A stretch of DNA of 64,000 nt from Candidatus Bathyarchaeota archaeon (GTDB taxonomy: Archaea; Thermoproteota; Bathyarchaeia; Bathyarchaeales; Bathycorpusculaceae): contig CAVYRJ010000001.1 in assembly GCA_963770935.1 (NCBI GenBank), forward strand, positions 128,001 to 192,000, in the 5' to 3' direction. The position numbers were made by a program, and so were the translations under genes. The notes under the pieces were generated by a model. It was not told where the DNA came from and searched no databases. It saw only the letters and a program-made list of their open reading frames with translations. Below, in pieces: positions 1 to 10,238 of this stretch; positions within the stretch are counted from its first letter, which is position 1, and every line of letters begins with the position of its first letter.

Positions 1-785
1 AACGCATTAGTTTATCAAACGTTCCAGTTAAGGACATGCATTTGGAAGGCACTGCAAACTCGGAGTCAATTGTTGTTACCCATGGCAATAGCCTCTTCAA
101 TTTCACTCAGACAATCACCATTTTCACAGGTTCAAACTCGACGGAAGAAACAAAGTTAGCTTCCTGTTTTGCTACTATGACTGAAAGCATCCGAACGGAC
201 AACCCTGATGTTACTTTAGTTATGTTAGAGTTTGATTTACAAACAAAAGGAACAAATCCACCAGTAAAAGGTGAAGACAACTCCTATATTGGGCTAATAG
301 ATATGGGCATGAAAACAATTGGAGAGTTGATTTTTTCAAACCAGTCACGTCCAGACCAAATTGTTACTCCTTCAGATAAAAATGCGCAAGATAACAATAT
401 GTTTACACCGATAGAACTGTCTTATAGCCTTGATTCGAAAAAAAACATAGAGTTTAGCTATCACATAGGGGTCTACCAATACACCGATAACCAATTAGAT
501 AGCATTCAAAAGGGAACATTGTCATTTGAGAAACTTATTAGAATCAATACCCAAGCGGTCCTTGCACAATTCTCAAATGTGCCGCCGCCAAAAGATTCTG
601 GCTTTTATGTCTTTGATTATAAGCAACAAATGTCAACGTGGAACGTAACCTACATTGCAGTTCGCGATTTTGGTCACTTTCCCCGCTTTGCAAATGACCC
701 AACGTTTAGCCTTGTATTTATTAACAGATTTGACAAAGCTATTGACAATGGAGTAGCCATCTTTAAGGCTAAAGGGGAACTTTAG
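1..785 (+). CDS. C-terminal part of a large surface/membrane protein, probable paralogue of the next gene; 5'-truncated by window edge
   Basis: Frame is open from position 3. C-terminus (WNVTYIAVRD...FSLVFIN...VAIFK) parallels the end of 795..3101 (NEIGFIVYDR...LQLIYSN..YAIFK). Confidence 0.6.
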   Translation, partial: RISLSNVPVKDMHLEGTANSESIVVTHGNSLFNFTQTITIFTGSNSTEETKLASCFATMTESIRTDNPDVTLVMLEFDLQTKGTNPPVKGEDNSYIGLIDMGMKTIGELIFSNQSRPDQIVTPSDKNAQDNNMFTPIELSYSLDSKKNIEFSYHIGVYQYTDNQLDSIQKGTLSFEKLIRINTQAVLAQFSNVPPPKDSGFYVFDYKQQMSTWNVTYIAVRDFGHFPRFANDPTFSLVFINRFDKAIDNGVAIFKAKGEL

Positions 786-794
786 TCAAAAAGG

Positions 795-3101
795 GTGAAC
801 ATTATCGCCTTAATGGATAAGTTTACAAGAGAGAAAAAAATCGAAATCGCATTCATCACTATTTTCTCAGTACTGATTATAGCCATTTTCTATTTTGTCA
901 TATCAATGAACGGGGTAGTATTAGGGAATGATCCAGCCGTTCACTTAGAAAAAGCCAAGATCTTTCTAGAAACAGGAAAAATACCTTTAGTCAATTTAGG
1001 TTGGACACCACCACTCTATGAGATTGTGCTTGCAATGTTTATTTCTCTAAGCGGCGCAAGCGACATTGGTCAACTGATTTTTATGGTTAAGGTGTTAACT
1101 GTGATTGTCAATTGGCTTATGTTCATGGCTGTTTATTTAATTGGCAGCAGATTTTTTAGCAAAAAAATTGGGGCTGTAGCGGCAGTTTTGTTGTTAATGT
1201 GTTTTCCCATATACGAACTTAATCAGTGGGGTGGACAAACAACCGTTTTGGGAATAGCTTTCTTGATGTTACTTCTTCTTTACTTGCCTTTGTCAATTGA
1301 GAAATTCGGGTATTTACTAGTTACTTTTTTTGTTGCTTTTTCCGTGGTGTTGTCTCATCAACTTGCCACTTTCCTTGCGGTTCTAATTCTTCCACCTATT
1401 CTGATTTATTTGTTGATAAAATCCAGAGGAGCTTACCTCAAAGTCTTAATAGCATTAATCGTTGGAGGTGGCATAGCGTTTTTCCTCTATTACTTCCAAG
1501 CCATGATAGGTTATGTCGACATAATCATTGAGCACCTATTTTTCAGTCAAAAAACCTATGCTTACCAGATTGGAGCTGCAAGCCTTAATTCGTTCATAGT
1601 TAATTTCGGCTTCATCTTAATTCTCTGTTTAGGCGGATTTTTCCTCGCTTTTAAAACGTTAAGAGCATCCAAAAAAACGGCTTTCTATATAGTATTATTT
1701 TTCAGTTTCTTAGTACCATTTGTTCTATCAGAATCAAATGTTTTTGGGTTGTACCTACCCTTCCAATGGTTTATTTATTATTTGACTCCACCAATGGCGG
1801 TTTTAGCAGCGGTTTCAGTGGATTTCTTGGCCGAAAAAGTACCAGTTTTTTATGCAAAGCACAGGACAAGTTACCGCAAGAATTGGGTAAAAGCAGTCAC
1901 AATTTTTCTGATTGTTTTGGTCTCGTTGGTAATTGTTGTTCGCGCGGGTACTGTATATGGTAAAATCATGGAAGCCAGCGTTTTCTACTCAACCACCGAC
2001 ATTAAAGCATATGACGCAGGCATTTGGTTAAGAGACAATTATGCTGACAATACCAAAATTGTGGCAACTGAAGTTCCCGGCTTTTGGTTTCAAGAGTTTT
2101 CAGATAAGAACGTGATTGCCCAAACCAACCCCATAATAGAAAGAAACACAATCGCCGAATCTGTTTTGACTTTATCTTATGAATTTGAGCATCCGAAAAC
2201 TTTGGTTAAGGCATACGAAGCTAAAGGTGACATTTCCGATGAAAACTATGTTTCATTAAACAATGTTTGGGAGCGTATCTCATACTCATCTGCGAGTGGC
2301 AACAAATTGTCATTTACCCAAGATGGAATAGACTATAAAATTTGGCTCTCAACTTTAAGTAAACAGATAATTTTTAATGACCAAAACCCTTCAAAAAAGA
2401 TAGAGCTTGTTTATTCCAATGAAAACATATCTTTAACAGAGACAGTGCTTGTCCAAAATATCACTTACCCACTCATTGTTTCATGGACGTTAACGCCCCT
2501 AAAGAGTGAAGTTACCAATGCCTCATTGTACCTGAGTACTTTTTTTGATCTCCAATTCAGATTCGACAAAGCCCAAATTCTACAGTTACTGGATTGGGTA
2601 AATCCATGGAGTGCACCTGAATCCATACGAACCGTTGGACCAGACTGGGCAGTGGCTAACTTCTCAGCTACAGACTTGAAAGATAATTATCTTGGTCTAT
2701 ACGACGACACAAACAACTTAGCTTTCGCGTTTAAGTTTAATGACTTACCTGATTGGGGAAACATCGGCGCATTGGAGAACAGACAGATTGATGCGGTAAG
2801 GTTCCAGTACCAATTCAAGGACCTAAACGTAAATCAAACTGATTCGCGTTCGTATCAGGTTCTTACTTTGTCAAAAAACAGCTTTTCACAATTGCAGCCG
2901 GAATCATTGATAGAATTATTTGACTTCAAATCTAGTGAATTTACAGTGGTTTCTCGCGATTTTAGAGACTATATCAAGGAAAATGAAATTGGATTTATTG
3001 TTTACGATCGAAACCAGCTAGACATTCAAATGGTCCACAGCAAACTCCTGCAGCTAATCTACTCAAATGATCGATATGCAATATTCAAAATTATAAAATA
3101 A
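795..3101 (+). CDS. Multi-pass membrane protein, GT-C-like glycosyltransferase with large extracellular C-terminal domain
   Basis: About 11-13 hydrophobic segments in the N-terminal ~390 aa, GNDPAVH motif in the first loop, AGIWLRDN after the last TM, soluble C-terminus. Confidence 0.6.
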   Translation: MNIIALMDKFTREKKIEIAFITIFSVLIIAIFYFVISMNGVVLGNDPAVHLEKAKIFLETGKIPLVNLGWTPPLYEIVLAMFISLSGASDIGQLIFMVKVLTVIVNWLMFMAVYLIGSRFFSKKIGAVAAVLLLMCFPIYELNQWGGQTTVLGIAFLMLLLLYLPLSIEKFGYLLVTFFVAFSVVLSHQLATFLAVLILPPILIYLLIKSRGAYLKVLIALIVGGGIAFFLYYFQAMIGYVDIIIEHLFFSQKTYAYQIGAASLNSFIVNFGFILILCLGGFFLAFKTLRASKKTAFYIVLFFSFLVPFVLSESNVFGLYLPFQWFIYYLTPPMAVLAAVSVDFLAEKVPVFYAKHRTSYRKNWVKAVTIFLIVLVSLVIVVRAGTVYGKIMEASVFYSTTDIKAYDAGIWLRDNYADNTKIVATEVPGFWFQEFSDKNVIAQTNPIIERNTIAESVLTLSYEFEHPKTLVKAYEAKGDISDENYVSLNNVWERISYSSASGNKLSFTQDGIDYKIWLSTLSKQIIFNDQNPSKKIELVYSNENISLTETVLVQNITYPLIVSWTLTPLKSEVTNASLYLSTFFDLQFRFDKAQILQLLDWVNPWSAPESIRTVGPDWAVANFSATDLKDNYLGLYDDTNNLAFAFKFNDLPDWGNIGALENRQIDAVRFQYQFKDLNVNQTDSRSYQVLTLSKNSFSQLQPESLIELFDFKSSEFTVVSRDFRDYIKENEIGFIVYDRNQLDIQMVHSKLLQLIYSNDRYAIFKIIK

Positions 3102-3179
3102 TCAGCTTTTTCCCAAAAATATGGTGCTGGGAAATAAGATAGCCTCCTAATATATAGCCCCATTTTTGAAAACAGTTTT

Positions 3180-4631
3180 TTAGAAATTATTTTTGGTTTT
3201 TTGGAACAACTCAATTATGTATTGGTTGACGGTTTTCTGGTGGTCTTTCGCGATCCTTTGTATGGCGTTGTTTATTCCTGTTGAGTACTGCACAGCTTTC
3301 TTGGGTTTTTCTATGATGAAGTTTGGCAATCCGACATTGAAAGCGACTTTTCTCAACACAAGCTTACGGAGAGTGTTGGTTTTGTTTTCGATTTTTAGTT
3401 CAATAGGCAAACCAAGCGCAAACTCTGCCAAATCAAAAGAGCCAAAAGGCACCCGCAATTCGACATCATGAAAACTGGTAATTTTCAAGTCGCGTTCAAG
3501 GTTGCTCTCATGAATCCTGACTACATCGTTAAACATGGTTTTTCTTACTTTTTCGGTTCCATCTTTACAACATTCGTTCACGTAGCGCTGGTAGCCTCCA
3601 AACAACTCATCGGCGCCCTGACCAGCCAACATCACCTTGAAATCTGACTCAGCCGCTTTTTCTGCAACCCAATAAAATGATACACCGATGCTTGCCTTCA
3701 CTGGATCTGCTTCCTCGATTAACTCGACCACTTTAGGCAACGTTTTCTCGACGTCAGAGTCTTTAAATAAATCCACCTGCAAAGGCAAATTCAACGCTTC
3801 CGCGGCTTTGATGGCAACTTCGGTTTCCGCTTGATTCTCCAAACTCACGTGCAACAAGTTAACTTTGACGCCGCATTTGTTTATCAAAAAAGCTACCAAG
3901 CTACTGTCTAAGCCCCCCGAAAACGCTACGGCAACCTCCTTTAAGCCGTTTATCCTCCGCTGGATGGACTGTTCAAGAAGGGCTTGAAGCGTTTTGGCGG
4001 CGTCATCCATTTTTATTGGTTTAGGTTCTGTGTAAGTTAGTGTTTTGACAGGTTTGAACTTGAAGCCTTCTTTGTTGACAAGCGCCAAATTTCCCGGTGG
4101 AAAAGACAGGGGAGTTTCTATTCCGAGTTTCCAGAGGGCTTTTCTGTTTGTGGCAAAAGCTGCGATATCTCTGTTTTCGCCAAAATAGAGTGGTTGAACT
4201 CCTATTGGATCTCTTCCGGCTGCAATCCAGCCCTCCTTGAGCATTAGGATGGCATAGTCTCCATCTGCTTGCTCTATTAATGTCTGCAGGCTTGCCTCGC
4301 AGTAAAGTGGCGCTTTCGCAACCTGCTCCATGAATGCTGTTTTTGGAGTGGGCGAATAAACTCTACCCTCTAAGAGAACAGCGGCATCATCCAATTGCAA
4401 TTGTTCATAGTCGCTGTTCGATTTGGGTTTAGAGGTAACATAGCCTACTGCAGTTGACGATTTTACGCCCTGTTTTTTGATGATTTCAACGTTCTTTTCA
4501 AACAGGCTTTTCTTTGGGGTAATTAACCCAAAACGCGGCGGCGCGAAAACTTCAAACGAGTTTAACAAGTTAAGAACCCTTTCAACTGCGCTATCGCCGT
4601 TTTTATTTAAAACCGCAACTGTAACTTTCAT
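3180..4631 (-). CDS. asnB: Asparagine synthetase B-like protein (N-terminal Cys absent)
   Basis: RDPIGVQPLY, SGGLDSS, GQGADELFGGY, ELRVPF, KKAVQYSTG motifs. Confidence 0.85.
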   Translation of the reverse strand: MKVTVAVLNKNGDSAVERVLNLLNSFEVFAPPRFGLITPKKSLFEKNVEIIKKQGVKSSTAVGYVTSKPKSNSDYEQLQLDDAAVLLEGRVYSPTPKTAFMEQVAKAPLYCEASLQTLIEQADGDYAILMLKEGWIAAGRDPIGVQPLYFGENRDIAAFATNRKALWKLGIETPLSFPPGNLALVNKEGFKFKPVKTLTYTEPKPIKMDDAAKTLQALLEQSIQRRINGLKEVAVAFSGGLDSSLVAFLINKCGVKVNLLHVSLENQAETEVAIKAAEALNLPLQVDLFKDSDVEKTLPKVVELIEEADPVKASIGVSFYWVAEKAAESDFKVMLAGQGADELFGGYQRYVNECCKDGTEKVRKTMFNDVVRIHESNLERDLKITSFHDVELRVPFGSFDLAEFALGLPIELKIENKTNTLRKLVLRKVAFNVGLPNFIIEKPKKAVQYSTGINNAIQRIAKDHQKTVNQYIIELFQKTKNNF

Positions 4632-4725
4632 GCTTCAAACACCAAGATTCTATTTGCATTGTGTTAGTGCATTGGTAAAACATTAATCTTTAATCTGCGT
4701 AACAATTCGTTGAGGTTACACATAC

Positions 4726-6063
4726 TTGCCTATCCTTCCAATCGATACTGGCCGTTATGGAACGCCAGACATGCTTAAGATTTTTGAAGAAGAGACCCGC
4801 GTCCAGAAGCTGCTGGATGTTGAAGCGGCTTTGGCTTTGGCGCATGCTGAAGTCGGTAACATTTCACGAAAGGATGCTGAAAAAATCGCCGAGATGGCAT
4901 CCACCAAATATGTGAAAGTTGAACGCGTGAAAGCAATTGAGAAAGAGATTAAGCACGACATTGCCTCGCTGGTTCGAGCTCTCTCTGAGCAGTGTGGTAC
5001 CAGTGGTGCATATGTGCATCTTGGAGCGACAAGTTACGACATCGTAGACACAGCCAATGCCCTGCAACTTAAAGATGCCTTGGCCGTAATCGAGAGAAAA
5101 CTTAACGATTTCAAAGCCATCCTACAAAAACAAGCGTTCCTGCACAAAAGTACGGTTATGATTGGCAGAACCCATGGACAGCACGCTTTGCCAATTACGT
5201 TGGGCTTCAAATTCGCCGTTTGGGGATACGAAGTCAACAGACACCTTGAACGGATTGATGAATGCAAGAAACGGGTATTAGCGGGCAAAGTCAGCGGCGC
5301 CGTCGGCACACAAGCAGGTTTAGGAGATCACGCCGAGCAAATCCAGGAGCTTGTAATGACACGTTTGGGCTTGCAGGCTGCAGAGATATCCACGCAGATT
5401 GTCCAACGTGACCGCTACGCCGAATTGATTTCCATTTACGCAATGGTGGCTTCTTCGCTGGAGAACTTTGCAACCGAAATCCGCGAGCTTCAACGCCCCG
5501 AAATCGCCGAAGTCTTCGAATCCTTCGAAGCTAAAAAGCAGGTGGGAAGCTCTACGATGCCTCACAAGCAGAACCCTGAGACATGCGAGCGCGTCTGCGG
5601 TTTAGCAAGAATTGTCCGAAGTCTCAGCACACCAGCCATGGAGGATATGGTTACATGGCACGAACGCGACTTAACCCAGTCTTCAGCCGAACGCTTTATC
5701 CTGCCCGAATCAAACATACTGCTCGATTACCTGCTTAACCTCATGTGCAACATCGTGACCAACTTGAGGGTTGACAGCGAACGTATGCTAGCGAATCTAT
5801 CGATTACTCAGGGACGCGCAATGTCGGAAGCCGTCATGATGACACTGGCAAAGAAGGGCGTAAACAGGCAAGAAGCCCATGAACTTTTGCGGCAGCTAAC
5901 TATCCAAAGCGCAGTCGAGAAGAAACCGTTTAAGCATATTCTACAAGAAGACAAACTCATAAGCAAAACGCTAAGTGTAAAAGAAATCGACAAGGCTCTG
6001 GATCCAAAAAACTATTTGGGAACCGCGGTTAAACAGGCGGAAAAATTCGCTAAAAGCGCTTAG
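4726..6063 (+). CDS. purB: Adenylosuccinate lyase
   Basis: HLGATSYD, GRTHGQHA, GSSTMPHKQNP fumarate-lyase signature, HERDLT. Confidence 0.97.
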   Translation: MPILPIDTGRYGTPDMLKIFEEETRVQKLLDVEAALALAHAEVGNISRKDAEKIAEMASTKYVKVERVKAIEKEIKHDIASLVRALSEQCGTSGAYVHLGATSYDIVDTANALQLKDALAVIERKLNDFKAILQKQAFLHKSTVMIGRTHGQHALPITLGFKFAVWGYEVNRHLERIDECKKRVLAGKVSGAVGTQAGLGDHAEQIQELVMTRLGLQAAEISTQIVQRDRYAELISIYAMVASSLENFATEIRELQRPEIAEVFESFEAKKQVGSSTMPHKQNPETCERVCGLARIVRSLSTPAMEDMVTWHERDLTQSSAERFILPESNILLDYLLNLMCNIVTNLRVDSERMLANLSITQGRAMSEAVMMTLAKKGVNRQEAHELLRQLTIQSAVEKKPFKHILQEDKLISKTLSVKEIDKALDPKNYLGTAVKQAEKFAKSA

Positions 6064-8379
6064 AAATCAAACAAGCCCTTCTGCTCGGCTTCATCTGGCG
6101 CTTTTGCCAGGTTTTCCCATGTTTCCTTCTTGACAAAACCACCGACTTGCTCCTTGATTTTCTTCGCTAATCTCGGACCCACAGAAGGCAGATTGGTTAG
6201 GTCTTCGACTTGGGCGTGTTTAAGGTCTTCTATGGTTTTGTATCCGGCATTGAATATTATACGTCCTCGGACTCTGCCCACACCCTCCAGCGCCACTATG
6301 GGTAGCAGCTCACGTTTTATGCCTTTGGAAACCCTTTCCACAAGCTCATGGCACAGCGAGGAAACTTCCTTGTTTTTGGCGACGACAGGCGAGAGTTCGT
6401 CTATGGCGTGCAATAGCCACTTGGCAGTTTCGATGGTGCGGTAGAGATCTCCGGGTTGCACACTGAAGCGTTCTATGATTTTTTCTTCCGGCAACTCCTC
6501 TATCCAGTTGTTCATAACCATGCCGGTTTTGACCTCGCCTAGAAAATCTGCGTAGCCGATATGGTCGCTCCATTGATCGGGGATTTCTATGAAGAGTTCC
6601 TGTTTGTGGTCTTCAGTTTGCACTGCGAGCGCATCCATTTCCCGCTGGTATGGGCGCATGATTGGACCCATGTCGGGCGTGTGGGAAACCAGGTGGAGTA
6701 GGCTAAACTCGGTCAAGATAGGTGGGTTGATCTGTAGTGCGTCGCGAATTATTACGCCTGAGAGTGGGTCGATGTAGAGTTCGCTTATACGTTTGCCAAA
6801 TTTAGTGGGAAGGATGTGGTCTCCGGCAACAAGAATCATTTCTTCGTCGTGGAGAAAACGAAGGATTTTGTCGATGATGCTTTTAATTGCCTTTACGTCG
6901 AATTGATAGGCGTAGAAGGTTTTGCCGAAAAACTCATAGATGCCACGTTCCGTGTCAGCGTAACCTGAGGCAATCGTTGAAAGCACGTGTGTTCGGATGA
7001 TTCTCTCCACAGCTAGGCGGGACCAGATTTTCTCTGTTTTTGCCAAAACATAGTTTTCCATGAGGAAGTCGGCTTCGTCTGCGGTTTTAGCGATTAAGAC
7101 TGATTCGCCAAATTTGTCGTATTTTGGTCTGCCCGCCCGTCCAGCCATCTGCTTGTAATCCAAGACGCTAATAGGGTAGTTGCCCAATCCAGCTTCAAAG
7201 CGCCGATAGTCTTGGATTATGACTGTTCTTGCGGGAAGATTGACGCCCCAAGCTAAGGTGGGCGTAGCAGTTAAGACTTTGATTTTTCGTTCTTTAAAGG
7301 CATCTTCGACGACTTTGCGGTGTGCCCCTGAAAGTCCAGCGTGATGATAAGCCGTGGCACAGCGAACCAACTCGGAAAGCTCCTCGCTCATCCCAGTACG
7401 TTCGCCCGCGTCAAGGATTTTTTTTGCTTCTTCGTCAAGAACCTTCCTTATATACTCCTCGTGGGAGCGTTTAACCAATTTTGAGCCTGATTTCTGGTAA
7501 AGCGCCTTATCCATGTGGCTGGCGACGGTTTTAGCCGCGGAAACCGCGTTGCGCCGTGTGGAAGCAAAAATCAGGGCTTGTCCCCCGTTCTTAAGTGTGT
7601 CTAAAACCATATTTATGACGGTTAAGCGGGTTTCCTGCTCCACCTTCCTTGAGGAGCCATCCTTGTACTGCACTTCAGCTTGAAGCATGACGCCTTCTTT
7701 TAGGTTAATGGGGCGCCACTCGGTAACGATGTATTTGGCGTTAAGCCACCCTGCGATTTCATCCACGTTGTTTATGGTGGCGCTTAGAGCTAAGATTTGG
7801 ATGTGAGGGTTAACCTGCATCAGACGCGCCAACACAATCTCCAATGTTGGACCCCGCCCACCATCGTTTAAGAGGTGAACTTCGTCGGCAACCACCAATG
7901 AAATGTTATCCATCCATTTAGCACGGTGACGTAACAGTGAATCTGCTTTCTCGTTGGTGGTAACAATGATGTCATAACGTTCAAGCCAGTTGTCGGCGCT
8001 GTCAAAATCCCCAGTGCTGATACCCACAGAAACCCTTCCACCATCCAGGTTTCATGATGGAAGTGTACTTCTTGAAATCCTCAAACTTCTCACTTGCCAG
8101 GGCGCGGAGCGGAGAAAGGTAAATGACTTTGCCGCCCCTCTCGAGCACATGTTTGAGAGCACAGAGTTCAGCAATCAAGGTTTTACCCGAGGCGGTTGGG
8201 CTAGCAAGAACCATGTTTCTTCCCTCTAAGACTCCTGCTAGTACGCAATCTTCTTGCGGTGGAAACAACTCTGCAATTCCTAAGCTAAGCAGGACTTCTT
8301 TTACGGATTCTGGCACAACCAACTCTGCAATCTTCAAATTTTTCTCGCCAACACTAATTATTTTATCAATATTGAACAT
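6060..8379 (-). CDS. hel308: Ski2-like DNA helicase Hel308/Hjm, split by one extra base near 8045; probable TTG start at 8337
   Basis: PTASGKT in the 5' ORF; DEVH, LSAT, HHAGL, QMAGRAGRP and C-terminal HhH in the 3' ORF. Removing one base at cct-G-gat joins the frames. Confidence 0.93.
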
Positions 8380-8496
8380 GCTAATTAATAGTATTAGCTG
8401 TAAAGGAAACGATTTTCAGCTACGTTTTTCTATTTGAACTTGATATTAGCAAAGTAACGAGTTTATCTGTCCCAAAAATTTTAGGTAGGATACTGT

Positions 8497-9720
8497 ATGG
8501 TTGAAAACGTGAAAGAACTCCTCAAGCTGCATGAGGGCATTAGGCATGAAGTCTACTTAGACAATGAAAACAGCTGCATTGTTCCCAAAGAAGTGATAGA
8601 CGCAATGCTGCCGTACTTTAACAAGATCGCCTATGGCAACCCAACCCTTACGCATAAACCCGGCTGGGAAGCCTTCGAAGTCATAATGAACAGCTTCCAA
8701 AAAATCTCAAGGTACATAGGCGCAAAGAATCTTGAAGACATAACGTTTACCCCAAGCGAAACCGAAGCCAACAACCTAGCCATCATGGGCTCATGCTTCT
8801 CGCAGAAGGGCAAAGGCAAAAAAATTGTAATCTCAGAAATAGAACCTATCAATGTATTACAAGTGGCAGAGATGATGGAAAAATTCGGTTTTTCAACCAC
8901 CAAAATCCCAGTCAATAATGAAGGATTAATCAATCTAGAAAAACTCAAAGAAGCAGTCGATAACGAAACCGTGTTAGTCAGCATCTCAGCAGTAAATAAC
9001 GAACTGGGTACCATCCAACCCATTAAAGAAGCTGTAGACATCGTTAAATCCAAAACGCCCCAAGCACTCTTTCATACTGACGCATCTGACGCCTACGGTA
9101 GAATTCCATTTAACGTACAGGACCTGAATGTGGATTTGGCCACTGTAAGTAGCTATAAGATTCAGGGTCCACGCGGTATGGGGGCATTTTACCTCAGGGA
9201 TGGTGTAAACATGGAAAGAATCCTTGAAGGGCAAATCGGAACCCAAAAACTCTGGCCAGGCATCGAAAACACACCCTTAATCGTCGGCTTCACCAAAGCG
9301 TCCGAGCTGGCTTTTGAGAATTTTGAGGCAAACACTACCAAAATGAGAAACCTCCGAGACAAGTTGGTAGATGGAATATTCAATGAACTCGGTGACCTAA
9401 GATTCAACGGTCCAAAGGGCACCAAACGCTCTCCCGACAACGCTAACATAAGCATACTTCGAGCAGAAGGTGAAGCATTAACCATTGAACTCAGCCTCAA
9501 AGGTATATACGTTTCAAGTGGAAGCGCTTGTAGCAGAAGATTATTGCAGCCCAGCCACGTTCTCATCGCTATCGGACGCATATTTGAGGAAGCACATGGC
9601 AGTATACTTATGAAAGTAACCCGCAGCCACACAGAAGAGGATATAGCCTACGTTCTCAGTGTTTTACCTACAGCTGTCAACCGTATTAGGGGGATAGTTG
9701 GCTCAACAGGAGTTCATTAA
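8497..9720 (+). CDS. iscS: IscS/NifS-type (group I) cysteine desulfurase-like protein with divergent PLP site
   Basis: YLDN, NNELGTIQP, SSYKIQGPRG, SSGSACS Cys loop; directly upstream of iscU. Confidence 0.85.
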   Translation: MVENVKELLKLHEGIRHEVYLDNENSCIVPKEVIDAMLPYFNKIAYGNPTLTHKPGWEAFEVIMNSFQKISRYIGAKNLEDITFTPSETEANNLAIMGSCFSQKGKGKKIVISEIEPINVLQVAEMMEKFGFSTTKIPVNNEGLINLEKLKEAVDNETVLVSISAVNNELGTIQPIKEAVDIVKSKTPQALFHTDASDAYGRIPFNVQDLNVDLATVSSYKIQGPRGMGAFYLRDGVNMERILEGQIGTQKLWPGIENTPLIVGFTKASELAFENFEANTTKMRNLRDKLVDGIFNELGDLRFNGPKGTKRSPDNANISILRAEGEALTIELSLKGIYVSSGSACSRRLLQPSHVLIAIGRIFEEAHGSILMKVTRSHTEEDIAYVLSVLPTAVNRIRGIVGSTGVH

Positions 9721-9722
9721 GT

Positions 9723-10238
9723 ATGTCACGTATACCTTTACCCTACAATACAAAAGTTATGGATTTATTCCAACATCCAAAGAATCTTGGAAAAATGGAA
9801 GATGCGACAGTCGTAGCCGTCGCAGGAAATCCTGCATGCGGGGATATGATTACCTTCTACCTGAAAATCGACGAAGCAAAACAAGTCATCGAGAAAGCAA
9901 GTTTTGAAAGCTATGGCTGCGCAGCCAACATCGCTACCTCCAGCATTGTTACCGAAATGATAAAATGCTTGACACTCGAAAACGCATGGAACAACATAAC
10001 CTGGAAAAAAGTCACCGAAGAAATCGGCGGCTTACCAGCTGTCAAGTTCCACTGCGGAGTCCTCGCCGTCGGAGCCCTCAAACGCGCAATAAGACAATAC
10101 TTCATTCAGAAGAAAGTTGAAGCACCTATCTGGTTACCAAGTGAACACACTTTTGAGGAAAAGCAGGCGTTAGAGGAAGAGGAACTGGCAAAGACACTCT
10201 CTAAGAGGCTAAAACCTGAGGCAGAAAAACAATCATAG
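9723..10238 (+). CDS. iscU: Fe-S cluster scaffold IscU/NifU-N with charged C-terminal extension
   Basis: NPACGD, YGCAANIA, KFHC: three Cys plus Asp and His. Confidence 0.93.
   Translation: MSRIPLPYNTKVMDLFQHPKNLGKMEDATVVAVAGNPACGDMITFYLKIDEAKQVIEKASFESYGCAANIATSSIVTEMIKCLTLENAWNNITWKKVTEEIGGLPAVKFHCGVLAVGALKRAIRQYFIQKKVEAPIWLPSEHTFEEKQALEEEELAKTLSKRLKPEAEKQS

Noticed and set aside
8030-8060. Programmed frameshift in hel308
   Set aside because: No slippery heptamer; same single-extra-base pattern as many unrelated genes.
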